Position numbers and translations under genes: made by a program
The notes under the pieces: model-generated
What the model saw: the letters and a program-made list of their open reading frames with translations, nothing else
Told to the model about the DNA's origin: nothing
Databases searched by the model: none
Shown: positions 9,238 to 19,575 of the stretch, in pieces
How the letters are laid out: each line of letters begins with the position of its first letter
Position numbering within the stretch: the first letter of the stretch is position 1
Source of the DNA: a virus
Lineage: Duplodnaviria; Caudoviricetes
Length of the DNA: 51,020 nucleotides
IMG/VR virus record: IMGVR_UViG_3300005286_000507
Coordinates: 1-51,020 of that record
Strand: one strand, 5' to 3'

Positions 9238-9856
9238 TTATAAAACTCGATACGAAAGGATGCTGGTCATTAAAGAGAGCGAGAGGAAGCATGGGAATAG
9301 ATACATGTTATGTAAATGTGATTGTGGAAACGTGAAAGAAGTCATGCTCGGCAATCTCAAACAGGGGAATGTGAAGAGTTGCGGATGTCTTAAGTTTGAC
9401 AATAAACACAATCTAAGCCACGGACACAAAGGAACACGCTTATACCGAATATGGACGGGCATGAAGACCAGATGTTTAAATCCACGCGCAGTAGAATATC
9501 CAAGATATGGCGGAAGGGGAATATCCATATGTTCAGAATGGCTCGATGCTTCGAATTTTATTTCATGGGCAATTTCTAGTGGATATTCAGACAACCTGAC
9601 CCTTGAAAGGGAAGACGTGAACGGTAACTACGAGCCCTCAAACTGTACGTGGATTCCACTGGGTGAACAGGCGCTTAATCGAACAAACACTGTGCACGTG
9701 ACTTTTGAAGGTGTGACAAAACCATTAAAAATTTGGAGTAAGGAAATAGGAATTGATTATCCAACGCTTTTCTCGCGCATCAAGTGTCGGAAATGGTCAA
9801 TCGAAAAAGCATTTACGACTCCAGTAAAAATTAACAGAAAGAAGGTCTTGAATTGA
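9221..9856 (+). CDS. Free-standing HNH-type homing endonuclease
   Basis: LCKCDCG, KSCGC, RLYRIWTGMKTRC, YGGRGI, EREDVNGNYEPSNCTW. Confidence 0.8.
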   Translation: MQKLPDYKTRYERMLVIKESERKHGNRYMLCKCDCGNVKEVMLGNLKQGNVKSCGCLKFDNKHNLSHGHKGTRLYRIWTGMKTRCLNPRAVEYPRYGGRGISICSEWLDASNFISWAISSGYSDNLTLEREDVNGNYEPSNCTWIPLGEQALNRTNTVHVTFEGVTKPLKIWSKEIGIDYPTLFSRIKCRKWSIEKAFTTPVKINRKKVLN

Positions 9857-11001
9857 CAACATTTGCAACTGGTCTTGTAAAGGTAACTGAAACATATGCG
9901 CCGATGATTGAGCGCCAACTGAGCGGCAACGGGGTCCACTTGGACCCCTACGGCAAGCAATGTGTCATCAACGCCATATCGGCAATCAACACTGTACTGG
10001 ACTCTAAGGGGCTGACCTGGAACGACGAGCAGCTTGATAGAAACAATGTCACACAAATCCTGATGAACGTCGCGGCGCTCAAATTGAATGCTGCGGCAAG
10101 CCCCCGAGAAGTTTATTTCCAGCTTCGCAATACCTCTATTAAAACCAAAGAAAACGGCAAGGAAGTCACGATCTGGCGCAAACAGATTGAAATGGGCATC
10201 GAAGGTGATGGGAACGACGCGATCCTAAATAACTTCGGCCGCAACGTGAAGCAAGTTCGTCCATACTGGCTCGTCCGTGAAGGTGATGGATTCGAATACC
10301 CGTCCTTCAATGGCCTTGAAATGTCGCCTCCCAAATGGACGCCGAAGGGTCAGGGAGAAGTCGTCCGGATTGTTTATCCCATCATCTTTAACGACGACAG
10401 TATCCAGTATTTTATCGGTGAGCGCGAGGACGTAGTTAAAAACCTCATCGCTCACATCAACAACAACATCATGAATGAAACATTCGGGGTCATGCCGGCA
10501 GGAAAGAATCGCTACGATGCGAATGCTGAACAGAAGAAGAAAATCGCCGAGAAGAAGGCGGAGGTCTTGAAGAAGGCAAAGGAAGCCGGCCTTGGAGCTC
10601 TGGACGACCCTGAACTTCAGCAATACATCAGCCCGGCGTGGTCTGAGTTTCACAGCCGCGAACAGATGCTGATTCGCAAGATGCGCAACAACATCGTAAA
10701 GAAGATTCCGAAGGACTTCGGCAGCGCGTTCGTCGAGATTCTTCACGCTAACGCTTCGGACGAAACTTATGCCTCTGTACAGCGCGAAATCGCGGAAAAT
10801 GCGAACAGCGAACCGATCGACATCAAGGCTGAATCTCGCCAAGAGGAACCGCAACCAACGAAGGCTGCAGAACCGGACACATCTGAAGAACGAGAACCTG
10901 ATCAAAACGGAGATGTGTCAGAGCCGGTGCAAGGAGACCTCTATGCAGAGTTTGACGCTCACTATGCTAGCGCAGAACCATCTGGCGGTCCGGGCTTCTG
11001 A
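9853..11001 (+). CDS. recT: RecT-like single-strand annealing protein
   Basis: AALKLNAAASPREVYF, MGIEGDG, EQMLIRKMRNN, acidic tail ending PGF. Confidence 0.75.
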   Translation: MTTFATGLVKVTETYAPMIERQLSGNGVHLDPYGKQCVINAISAINTVLDSKGLTWNDEQLDRNNVTQILMNVAALKLNAAASPREVYFQLRNTSIKTKENGKEVTIWRKQIEMGIEGDGNDAILNNFGRNVKQVRPYWLVREGDGFEYPSFNGLEMSPPKWTPKGQGEVVRIVYPIIFNDDSIQYFIGEREDVVKNLIAHINNNIMNETFGVMPAGKNRYDANAEQKKKIAEKKAEVLKKAKEAGLGALDDPELQQYISPAWSEFHSREQMLIRKMRNNIVKKIPKDFGSAFVEILHANASDETYASVQREIAENANSEPIDIKAESRQEEPQPTKAAEPDTSEEREPDQNGDVSEPVQGDLYAEFDAHYASAEPSGGPGF

Positions 11002-11708
11002 TGATCGAGATCAAATCCTTCGGTAGCAGTTCGGCGGGAAACTGTTACTGGATATCTGACGGCAAGACGGAATTACTTCTGGAAGCCGGCTTACGTTTCG
11101 CAGACATCCGCAAGGCGCTGGAATTTCGCGTCTCCCGCCTTGGGGGATGCCTGATCACCCATAACCATGGTGACCACATCAAAGCAGCCATGGATCTTGC
11201 CAAAGCTGGCGTTAACATCTACTCAGCGCAAGGAACATTCGATGCTGCTAAACTGTCCGGACATCGATATAAGGCAATACGATCTATGGAGCAGTTCACG
11301 GTAGGTTCATGGTCGATTATGCCGTTCCCGGTGGAACACGACGCCGAAGACCCGTACGGATATCTCCTAGCCAACCAGGACGGCGACAAGCTTGCGTTTC
11401 TGACTGACACCTACTACTGCCGCTACACTTTCTCTGGCCTCACGCATTTGATGCTAGAGTGCAACTACTCGCTCAGTATCTTGGACGCCAACATAGCAGC
11501 CGGCCGGGTCCATCCGGCAATGCGGCCGCGGCTCCTACGCTCTCATTTCTCGCTCGAGAACTTGAAAGACTTCCTCCGGGCGAACGATCTATCAAAACTT
11601 CAGGAGGTCCACCTCCTGCACCTGAGCGACAGTAACAGCGATGAGGAACTGTTCAAAAGAGAGGTTCAAAAAATAACGGGGAAGCCGGTCTATGTGGCTG
11701 GCAGATAG
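11001..11708 (+). CDS. Metallo-beta-lactamase-fold nuclease
   Basis: GSSSAGN, THNHGDH, EHDA, TDT, HLSDSN. Confidence 0.9.
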   Translation: MIEIKSFGSSSAGNCYWISDGKTELLLEAGLRFADIRKALEFRVSRLGGCLITHNHGDHIKAAMDLAKAGVNIYSAQGTFDAAKLSGHRYKAIRSMEQFTVGSWSIMPFPVEHDAEDPYGYLLANQDGDKLAFLTDTYYCRYTFSGLTHLMLECNYSLSILDANIAAGRVHPAMRPRLLRSHFSLENLKDFLRANDLSKLQEVHLLHLSDSNSDEELFKREVQKITGKPVYVAGR

Positions 11709-11903
11709 GAGCGAAAATATGAAGCCCAAACACAGCAAGCTTGATTCTAGAGGAATGTTGTTCGTCGCTTGCTCCGAATGCAATCGACGAGGAAACGGTG
11801 ATCAAAGCTGCAGCAGTGGTTGGACCATCAAGCGTGGCGGTCCTGAAAAAGGGGCATGTTTCTCCGGATCGTTACTAGAAAAGTACGAGGTGGTGAGGAC
11901 AGC

Positions 11904-12056
11904 ATGAAGAACGGAAAGCGCCCTACCAGACGCCAAATGAAGGCAATCGAGTCCGCCGGCCTTAACCTCGAAAACTGGTTAGTCAGCAAAGCCCTATCCG
12001 ACGAATTACTCCTGGTGCATAAATGGACCGGACAAACAAGACGCCTCCCATTGTAG
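11904..12056 (+). CDS. Conserved small phage protein
   Basis: MKNGKRPTRRQ..GLNLENWLV pattern common in Bacillales prophages. Confidence 0.65.
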   Translation: MKNGKRPTRRQMKAIESAGLNLENWLVSKALSDELLLVHKWTGQTRRLPL

Positions 12057-12249
12057 TCAATCCCGACGAGTTCGGAAGGCCACTCACAATCTTTGGAGTC
12101 GGAGACAACATTTGGAGCATTGCAAAGACGGACAAGCAACAGTTTAAGGAGCGTATGGAGGGCTATGTAGCCCTCTGTATGCCGGGGTATCGAATTGTTA
12201 AGTTAATCTACCCCAATGTGCTTTTGCAAGAAGAGAGACAACCGAAAGG

Positions 12250-12585
12250 GTGATAAAGATGGGGAAAATTGCTGTTCAAGAAGTAACTGATTTGGATTTG
12301 ACATTCGGCGGAAACATGAAAAAACTATTGCCCGATTACAGCATAATTCCCGACGAATTCAAGCACGGTCGGAATAAATGGTGCAAAGTCGTCGGCGATT
12401 GGTATTTCTATGGAATGAAGAATTGCACGTGGAAGCCAAAAGAAGGAATCGATACTCAGAAGGCATTACGGCATGTGAAGGCTGTTGTGGGATCGTGGGA
12501 ACCCAAACACGAACACAAGGTAGCCGGATGCGCGTATCTTCTAAGTGAGTTTTTCGAAGACGTCAAATATGAAAGAGCCAAGTAG
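12250..12585 (+). CDS. Hypothetical phage protein
   Basis: 111 aa, coupled start. Confidence 0.7.
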   Translation: MIKMGKIAVQEVTDLDLTFGGNMKKLLPDYSIIPDEFKHGRNKWCKVVGDWYFYGMKNCTWKPKEGIDTQKALRHVKAVVGSWEPKHEHKVAGCAYLLSEFFEDVKYERAK

Positions 12586-12918
12586 GTGATCCGAATGCCG
12601 ATCGGTGATTTCAATCCTTACAGTAAACAGCAGCAAGTTGAGTGTAACAGAGGGAGGCCTTCTCGAGGCCAAAGAAGCGAGATTTCCCCAACCGAGGTAA
12701 AGCGACTTCATGATCGCTCCGGAGGCGTCTGTGAGAAATGCGACAGCGCCAGGGCGACAGACAAGGCACACGTCGAGCGTAGGTGGAGGTCGGAACGTAT
12801 CCCGACAGCGGATGACGTATTGCACCTTTGCCACGACTGCCATACGTGGTGTGACGGCAGCAAGGAAGGCCGGAAATGGTTGATTGAGAAGCAAAAGGAA
12901 ATAAGAGCAAGGGGATGA
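12586..12918 (+). CDS. HNH-like zinc-binding endonuclease
   Basis: CEKC..KAHV..LHLCHDCH. Confidence 0.65.
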   Translation: MIRMPIGDFNPYSKQQQVECNRGRPSRGQRSEISPTEVKRLHDRSGGVCEKCDSARATDKAHVERRWRSERIPTADDVLHLCHDCHTWCDGSKEGRKWLIEKQKEIRARG

Positions 12919-12922
12919 GGGG

Positions 12923-13783
12923 ATGTCGGATAGTTACCCCTTCATAACATACTCGGGGTTGTTGGAGCCAAAACATTACAAACAAATAGGTTCAGCTTTG
13001 TGGTTATTCCTGTGGTGTATCAGTTCCACGACCAAGGAGGTTGAGAAAGATGGGGTATCGTGGGGCGTCGTCCTCGGGAACAAACCAAAGAAAATAAGTG
13101 AACTGGAAGAGATTTTCGGAGTAACGGATAAAACGGTCCGGTCATGGATAAAAACGCTTGAGCAGTTTGAGTATATCAAAGTAACTCGCGCACCTTACGG
13201 CCTAATTTTTTCAGTAAGAAATTCAAAAAAATTCGCTGTGAGATCGGTAGAAAACAACCGAACTGGATCGGCAGAAAATTACCGATCACCAGAGTCAGAT
13301 CGGAAGAAAACTACCGATCAAGGGGAAGAAAACTACCGATCTAATAAAGATATTACAGAAGATATTGCTTCTTCTGTTGCTATAACCGATCCCGAAGAAA
13401 TCTTCCAACGATCGAATGAAGTCGCCAAGTACTTTGTCGCAAGACGAGGAAAAGGCTTCGATGTTAGCCCGTTGGACTTCGATGAAATCAAACGCATGGT
13501 GGCCGAAGGGATGCCGCTCCCGATCATGAAGGATGCCATTGATAAATCCTTTGCTGAATACAGGCCACGCCATAAGCACGACGAAATTCGAAGTATTACG
13601 TATTGCGTCCCTCGCTGCTATGACGAATGGATGAAATCAAAACCGGTAGATCCCATAACTTCTCCCGCTGTGCCGTCGGCGGGGTCAGTCGCCCTTGGAA
13701 CGCCGAGAAGGAACAAGCCTCAAAAAGAGTTAGACGAATTGCGCAAACGAAGAGAGGAGGCTCGTAAACGTGACCCGGGATGA
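12923..13783 (+). CDS. Phage replication initiator (wHTH plus DnaD-like)
   Basis: N-terminal HTH, internal iterons, precedes loader and helicase. Confidence 0.8.
   Translation: MSDSYPFITYSGLLEPKHYKQIGSALWLFLWCISSTTKEVEKDGVSWGVVLGNKPKKISELEEIFGVTDKTVRSWIKTLEQFEYIKVTRAPYGLIFSVRNSKKFAVRSVENNRTGSAENYRSPESDRKKTTDQGEENYRSNKDITEDIASSVAITDPEEIFQRSNEVAKYFVARRGKGFDVSPLDFDEIKRMVAEGMPLPIMKDAIDKSFAEYRPRHKHDEIRSITYCVPRCYDEWMKSKPVDPITSPAVPSAGSVALGTPRRNKPQKELDELRKRREEARKRDPG
13242..13341. repeat. Four 22-bp iterons (replication origin)
   Basis: GATCGGnAGAAAAyyACCGAwC-like units at 13242, 13266, 13298, 13320. Confidence 0.8.
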
Positions 13784-14111
13784 CATTTACGAATTATTCG
13801 AAGAAATCAAACAAGAATACCCGTTCTTCGATACCGGCGAAGAAAACGTCGAGCGCCATTATAAATATTTGCAGGACTTCCCGTTCGCAGCCGCATTTCA
13901 GAACGTGGTAGATCACATCAAAACAAACAAGTTCCCACCGCTTATCTCCGACATCCGCGGACGGCTCGGGGATCTGCATGACAGTCAGAAAAGCAAGGAA
14001 GAGGCAGCGTCGTTTTTTGCTCAAGTTGAACTATGGAAGGAAAATTGTAGTCCTCCACCAGTAGGCTTTATGGACTTAATCAGGGCGAAATTGGGGGTTA
14101 GCACAGAATGA
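13770..14111 (+). CDS. Helicase loader/inhibitor (SPP1 G39P-like)
   Basis: MTRDDIYELF..YP..LQDFPF..HIKTNKFPPLISDI. Confidence 0.75.
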   Translation: MTRDDIYELFEEIKQEYPFFDTGEENVERHYKYLQDFPFAAAFQNVVDHIKTNKFPPLISDIRGRLGDLHDSQKSKEEAASFFAQVELWKENCSPPPVGFMDLIRAKLGVSTE

Positions 14112-15544
14112 GTGTCGTAGATCAGTGGATGGACATGCAGCCGCCTGTAGACATTGAGGCAGAACAAGCGGTTCTCGGAGCGATTATGCTCGAAGCCGAA
14201 GCATTGGACATTGCTAGAGAAAGGCTGCAAGGTGGAGAATTTCACGAAAAGGCTCACCGCCGAATATTCCGCGCAATGGTCGAGGTCGTTGATAACGGAG
14301 ATCCGCTTGATCTGACTTCTTTAACGGCTTGTCTTTCGGACAGAAACGAACTTGATTCTGTTGGCGGAATTCTATACATCACGAAATTATCGAACTCAGC
14401 GCCGACAGCCGCAAATATCGGGTATTACACCGAACGAGTTGCGGAGATGCACTTCCGAAGAGAGACGTTTGAAACAATTACCGAGCTTTGGCAAAACGCG
14501 ATGAGACAAACAGACACGGCATCGTTTCTTGCTTTGGCTGATAGAGCAATAAACACTCTTTCAGACAAAGCCGCGCCAAAACAAGATTTCAAGACCATCC
14601 GCGAAGTTGTTATTGCGGTCATGGAAGATGCGGAACAGAGATATTTGAATCATCTGGCTAACCGTGGCATAACCGGAATTGCATCTCTTTACCCCGAACT
14701 TGACCGAATGACCGCGGGTTTCCAGAACGGTGACTTGATCATCGTTGCGGCTCGCCCGTCAGTCGGAAAGACTGCTTTCGCCCTGAACATAGCGCAGAAC
14801 GTTGCGGCAAACAGACAAAACAGCGATGGGATAATCGATCTCGGAAAGACAGTTGCAATATTCAGCCTAGAAATGTCGGCCAAGCAACTCGTTCAGCGGA
14901 TGGTGTCAGCCGAAGGAAATGTCGATGCAAGCCGCATGAGATCGGGCTACTTCGAAAGTCAAGATTGGGACAACATGGCGAAGGCAGTGGGCATCCTCGG
15001 TGAAGCAAATATCTACATTGACGACACGCCGGGAATCACAGTCAACGAGATCCGGTCGAAATGCCGGCGCCTGAAAAAGGAAAAAGGATTGAGCATGATT
15101 CTGATTGATTACCTGCAGCTCATTCAGGGCAGCGGCCGCCGCGGTGCCAACCGCCAAGAAGAAGTCTCGCAAATCTCCAGAACCCTGAAGCAGATCGCCC
15201 GCGAGTTAGAAGTTCCGGTTATTGCGCTGTCGCAGCTGTCCCGGGGCGTAGAGCAGCGTCAGGACAAGCGTCCGATGATGTCAGACCTTCGGGAGTCGGG
15301 TGCCATCGAACAAGACGCCGACATCGTGGCCTTCCTGTACAGGGACGACTATTACGATAAGGAGTCTGAGAAGAAGAACGTTATCGAGATCATCATCGCC
15401 AAGCAGCGGAACGGACCGGTCGGGACGGTTGAGCTGGTGTTCCTGAAGAATTTCAACAAGTTCGTCAGTCTGGACCGATCGCATAGCGAAACATTCAACA
15501 CTGCCGGCCGCGGACCGAACATGGAAGCGAGGTACGGGGCATGA
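14108..15544 (+). CDS. dnaB: Replicative DnaB-family helicase
   Basis: AARPSVGKT, IDYLQL, SDLRESGAIEQDAD, KQRNGP. Confidence 0.97.
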   Translation: MSVVDQWMDMQPPVDIEAEQAVLGAIMLEAEALDIARERLQGGEFHEKAHRRIFRAMVEVVDNGDPLDLTSLTACLSDRNELDSVGGILYITKLSNSAPTAANIGYYTERVAEMHFRRETFETITELWQNAMRQTDTASFLALADRAINTLSDKAAPKQDFKTIREVVIAVMEDAEQRYLNHLANRGITGIASLYPELDRMTAGFQNGDLIIVAARPSVGKTAFALNIAQNVAANRQNSDGIIDLGKTVAIFSLEMSAKQLVQRMVSAEGNVDASRMRSGYFESQDWDNMAKAVGILGEANIYIDDTPGITVNEIRSKCRRLKKEKGLSMILIDYLQLIQGSGRRGANRQEEVSQISRTLKQIARELEVPVIALSQLSRGVEQRQDKRPMMSDLRESGAIEQDADIVAFLYRDDYYDKESEKKNVIEIIIAKQRNGPVGTVELVFLKNFNKFVSLDRSHSETFNTAGRGPNMEARYGA

Positions 15545-15933
15545 GGTTAAGCGAGGAAGAATACCGGCGCATCATCGGCCAAGAACCTGAGAAGAAGTCT
15601 AGCAAGTACAGAAACGTTCGAACCGTGGTTGATGGCATTACTTTCGATAGTCGGGCCGAAGCGAATCGATACGTCGAGTTGAAACAACTCATGAAAGCCG
15701 GTATTGTCCTGCTGTTTGTCCGGCAGCCGCGGTTTCTCCTCCAAGAGGGATATGAGAAGGACGGGGAATGGTTTGGGAAACTGGAGTATGTAGCCGACTT
15801 CTTGGTCTGTTATACGGACGGTAGAGCGGAAATTGAGGACGTCAAAGGCCGAAAAACGCGTACGTACATTGACAAGCGCAAGATATTCGAACGGATATAC
15901 CCGCATTTGAAAATCATTGAGGTGAACGTGTGA
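15541..15933 (+). CDS. DUF1064-like PD-(D/E)xK endonuclease
   Basis: SKYRN, DGITFDSRAEA, YVADF, EDVKG. Confidence 0.85.
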   Translation: MRLSEEEYRRIIGQEPEKKSSKYRNVRTVVDGITFDSRAEANRYVELKQLMKAGIVLLFVRQPRFLLQEGYEKDGEWFGKLEYVADFLVCYTDGRAEIEDVKGRKTRTYIDKRKIFERIYPHLKIIEVNV

Positions 15934-16073
15934 AAATACTTGAACACCTGAAAGAACTGAAGGAAGGCGAAGAGACAATCATTATGCTAAATGGTCAACC
16001 GTTTGTTGTCTCTAAAGCAACTACAGATGATATCGAAAGAATCGGGAAAGGGCAATACTGTCTTGACTAAGGA

Positions 16074-16364
16074 GTGGTTAAGTTGACCGTATTGGGCAAG
16101 GTCGAATACGACAGCCATGGACGGACGATGTTTAACCCAAGTTACCACACCAATCATCGTAAGCCTTTTACATTGGATGACCTGATTTATATCAGCAAAT
16201 TTATAGACTATGACGGCTTAAAATCATTGTCCTTGGCGCTCGGAAAAACGGAAAAGACCATCGCAAGCAAATTATCAACGATGCGCAAAACGGGAGAGTA
16301 TTACCGTTACAAGGCGATGACACTTGAGGATTGGGAAAAGATCGCCGGGGAGGGATCTGAATGA
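16074..16364 (+). CDS. Conserved phage HTH-like protein
   Basis: YDSHGR..NPSYH..KPFT..LSLALGKTEKTI. Confidence 0.65.
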   Translation: MVKLTVLGKVEYDSHGRTMFNPSYHTNHRKPFTLDDLIYISKFIDYDGLKSLSLALGKTEKTIASKLSTMRKTGEYYRYKAMTLEDWEKIAGEGSE

Positions 16365-16518
16365 ACTGGCGCAAAGCAACAGACAGAGAGTTAATGGTCA
16401 TCATGAGCAGTGATCCGGTGGCGAGACTTTCGGATATTGTGGAAGCTCGGGAAGAGTGGGAACGGAGAAATCGGAAGATTAAGAAGACTCGGATAAATTG
16501 GCGGGATAAGGTGAAACA

Positions 16519-16878
16519 GTGAGCAAAAATTGGATCGGAAGACCGTCCCCTAAAAGTAAGAGAGTCGGGACAGGATGGTTCGCGGAATTGGACAGGGCAT
16601 GGACATCAAATGATGGTCAGTACGCCGTCATGTCCAGACACGTTGAAACCGAGTGGGGGATAGTCGTTCACGCTTGCATTCGCAACCTAGACAGTACGGA
16701 CATCCCTTGGGCAGAAAAGCAACGGATCAAAAACGAATTGTTCGGTGAAGAGGCAACGGGATTCGAGGTATTTCCGTCCGAATCCGATCTCGTAGACGAA
16801 GCAAACATGTACCACATTTGGATACTTCCAACGGGGTTCAAAATCCCGTTTGGGTTAAGGGAGAAGGATGCAGGATGA
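16519..16878 (+). CDS. Conserved hypothetical phage protein
   Basis: WAEKQRIKNELFG..EVFPSESDLVDEANMYHIW. Confidence 0.75.
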   Translation: MSKNWIGRPSPKSKRVGTGWFAELDRAWTSNDGQYAVMSRHVETEWGIVVHACIRNLDSTDIPWAEKQRIKNELFGEEATGFEVFPSESDLVDEANMYHIWILPTGFKIPFGLREKDAG

Positions 16879-17029
16879 GCAGTAGAGTCATGGGCGTGAG
16901 CAGAGATGGCGGACAACATGAAATGTATCATGCCGATGACTTGGAACTCTTTATCAATCAGTACGAGTTGGAAGAGATTGAACAGTAAGCGTCAAATACC
17001 TCATACCCCTATAAGGAGTGAATAGATAG

Positions 17030-17443
17030 ATGAGCAAACCAATCATAGGAGCAATAGACGGAGATAAGGTTGTCAGTTGGGCAGAAACAGAACATAGCAG
17101 AAAAAAAGGCGAAGACGGATTCTCGGTAGGGTACAGAACTGCCATGAGTTGGATTATCAATCGAGTTGAAAGCGGAACATTCCCCTTATCCGATCAATCA
17201 GAAGCCACAAGGCTAAGAGAGGCGCTACAGAGAGTCCGCGTTCACCTCGTCGCCGGGATGAGTGAATTTTCAGCCGAAGAAGCGCGCTATATCGTCGACG
17301 AAGCCCTCTCCTCCTCCCATAGAGAGGATGGGAAGCGAATAGGAATGACCCATAACGATAGATTCCAGTTGGCGTGCCTCGTTAAAGAGTACGGGGCAGA
17401 AACGATCATCGGGCTCATCCCGGGAATCACGGAGGAGAGATAA
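17030..17443 (+). CDS. Hypothetical phage protein
   Basis: ORF with RBS in early operon. Confidence 0.65.
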   Translation: MSKPIIGAIDGDKVVSWAETEHSRKKGEDGFSVGYRTAMSWIINRVESGTFPLSDQSEATRLREALQRVRVHLVAGMSEFSAEEARYIVDEALSSSHREDGKRIGMTHNDRFQLACLVKEYGAETIIGLIPGITEER

Positions 17444-17671
17444 TTATGTCTCGTTGTCAAAATCCTCACTGTAAAGCGGACAATTGCACAAGGTTTATCA
17501 TGTACGGAGACATTGAGCTTTGTTATGTCTGCTATAAGTTGACTCCTCACAAACTGCGGACGGACGCCGTAATAACGGGAAAAAATCAAGGTCTGGACCA
17601 CTTTAAGGACTAGAGATAAGGGATAGAGCCGATCTATCCCTAACGACCCATTTTGTGAAATAAGGAGATGA

Positions 17672-18034
17672 ATGAAATTGGCAAAAATATTGAGATTTAT
17701 AAGCCTTCCGGTATTGAACGAACTTGTTGGGTTAGAGGTCAATGGTAGCAGGTTCATTGAGGGAAAGGGCTACGTGGTAAAGTTTGGCATTGTTATGGAT
17801 ATACCGAACACATTCCGTTTTAACACAAAACTCGAAATCGCTGAAACACATGGCGGTGATTGGGATTTGATAATGACTCAATTTCTGGCTAGAGGACCGG
17901 AATATTGGGAAATGGAGAGTGCGTTTTCCCGAGTCGGATTCCGAAACCCTGAAATTAAGGAGCAGTTGGAAACATTGTGCAATGACTTGATTGCAAGAGG
18001 TCTGGCCTACTGGGTGGAAGACGCTACTGCATAG
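17672..18034 (+). CDS. Hypothetical protein
   Basis: AAGGAG RBS. Confidence 0.65.
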   Translation: MKLAKILRFISLPVLNELVGLEVNGSRFIEGKGYVVKFGIVMDIPNTFRFNTKLEIAETHGGDWDLIMTQFLARGPEYWEMESAFSRVGFRNPEIKEQLETLCNDLIARGLAYWVEDATA

Positions 18035-18085
18035 TTCGAAGATTTTGCGAAGCAACGCACTGAAAAAAAGAGAGGCAAAGCCCCT

Positions 18086-18304
18086 CTAATCATCGTCTAT
18101 GGTGTCTGGTTGACGTTGCAAATCAGCTTCGAAATCATCCACAATTCCGCGGGCGGTATCGGGTAGCAGGCCGCGCACCTTTGTCAGGTAAAAGTAAAAG
18201 TGGTCATAAATCGTTTCATACTGTCTAAATTCAGCGGCATTTTGTTCACTCGATCCCACATATGCAACGTGATCTCGAGCCAGCATACTTGTTTCGACCC
18301 GCAT
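18086..18304 (-). CDS. Counter-oriented small moron protein
   Basis: GGAGTG RBS; hairpin with T-tract at 18063-18086 on the minus strand. Confidence 0.6.
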   Translation of the reverse strand: MRVETSMLARDHVAYVGSSEQNAAEFRQYETIYDHFYFYLTKVRGLLPDTARGIVDDFEADLQRQPDTIDDD

Positions 18305-18406
18305 CGTATCACTCCATTGGTTTTATAAAAACATTATGCAGTAGTTACTGTTTCAAAGTAAATAGCAAAGGAGAGATAGGACATGACCAATAAAGGAGCG
18401 GATACA

Positions 18407-18682
18407 GTGACCCAACCCAAAAAGCAAATAAATTTCCACAAGACAAGCAATATGGCGATAGAAATTAAAGAACTGTTCTGCCTGTATTGCAACGGAGTTT
18501 TCTATGAACTCGATTCCCGCGAGTTGGACGAATGCCCTCTTTGCGAAAACAGATTCAACAGCGAGCCGAGTGAAAACGATTATGATTCGGAAACGTACAC
18601 CCTTATCGTCGATCCTAAAACTGGTGTGCCGAGCGTGATTCGAAACGATGAGTATGAGCCAGTCAGGAGGGATAAGGCATGA
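18407..18682 (+). CDS. Zinc-ribbon protein
   Basis: CLYC...CPLC; GTG start after AAGGAG. Confidence 0.65.
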   Translation: MTQPKKQINFHKTSNMAIEIKELFCLYCNGVFYELDSRELDECPLCENRFNSEPSENDYDSETYTLIVDPKTGVPSVIRNDEYEPVRRDKA

Positions 18683-18984
18683 CCCAACCTAATACTCCGA
18701 TCCAATTCTTCAACAACGAGCAGTTGGAGACACTGAGCAAAAAATATCGGACTATGACGGTAGACTCGGAAGGCCAAAGCATCGAGCCGGAATACAATAG
18801 CATGGCCGTCAGAAACGACATTATAAAGCTCATCTCCGATTTGCGGGAGAGCCGGAAGCAGTACTATTCAGCCGAAACCGTTCTAGCGATCATCATCCGC
18901 AATTATCATCACGTTTTGTCCTACGACATTACTCGCATGGCGCTTGAGGCCATTGGAAAGGAGCTTGAGCATGACCCAACCTAA
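18679..18984 (+). CDS. Hypothetical phage protein
   Basis: AGGAGG RBS, ATGA coupling. Confidence 0.65.
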   Translation: MTQPNTPIQFFNNEQLETLSKKYRTMTVDSEGQSIEPEYNSMAVRNDIIKLISDLRESRKQYYSAETVLAIIIRNYHHVLSYDITRMALEAIGKELEHDPT

Positions 18985-19420
18985 TGAGCAGTTAATAGAG
19001 ACGATAAGAGATGTCGTAACTGCTGTCGATCGAACTGGCTATACAATTGCAACATGGCATAGTAACGATGAAATTGCTGGATGGCTCCGCGCCCTACTGG
19101 AAGAGAACAAACACCTGAAAGAGCAACGTGATGGTTACTACGAAAATGCGAAGTTTACGGAAGCGGCGGCAGCTAAGGATAAGGTGCTGCAATGGTATGC
19201 GGAAGAAGATGAGTTTCATTGCGGTAATTGCGACCAGTTTCACCGCGATCCAGATTACGGAGATCAAGCCCGTACTATCCTATCATCCTATCCCCCAAGG
19301 GAGAAGGGAGCAGGAAAGTCCTCTTGTAACATTTGCTCCGGTTACGGCGGATATGTTGAAGGGGAAGGGCCGTTAGCAGAGACTATTCCGTGTCCAAAAT
19401 GTAATGAGGTGAAGCCATGA
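18971..19420 (+). CDS. Hypothetical protein with Cys-rich zinc motifs
   Basis: CGNC, CNICSGYG, CPKC. Confidence 0.65.
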   Translation: MTQPNEQLIETIRDVVTAVDRTGYTIATWHSNDEIAGWLRALLEENKHLKEQRDGYYENAKFTEAAAAKDKVLQWYAEEDEFHCGNCDQFHRDPDYGDQARTILSSYPPREKGAGKSSCNICSGYGGYVEGEGPLAETIPCPKCNEVKP

Positions 19421-19575
19421 AATACATCGTATGGGAGTCATTTAGCAGGTGGAATTGGGTTATACGTAGAGGCGTAAGCAAACGGACGGCAGATAGATTG
19501 GTAAAAGAATGCCCTGTAGGACGGCATCGGTGGATCGATCCGTTATACGAAGGTTGAGGGTGAAGGGAGCAGACA

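Noticed and set aside
14108-15544. Intein in DnaB or TerL
   Set aside because: Lengths are normal and no intein motifs are present
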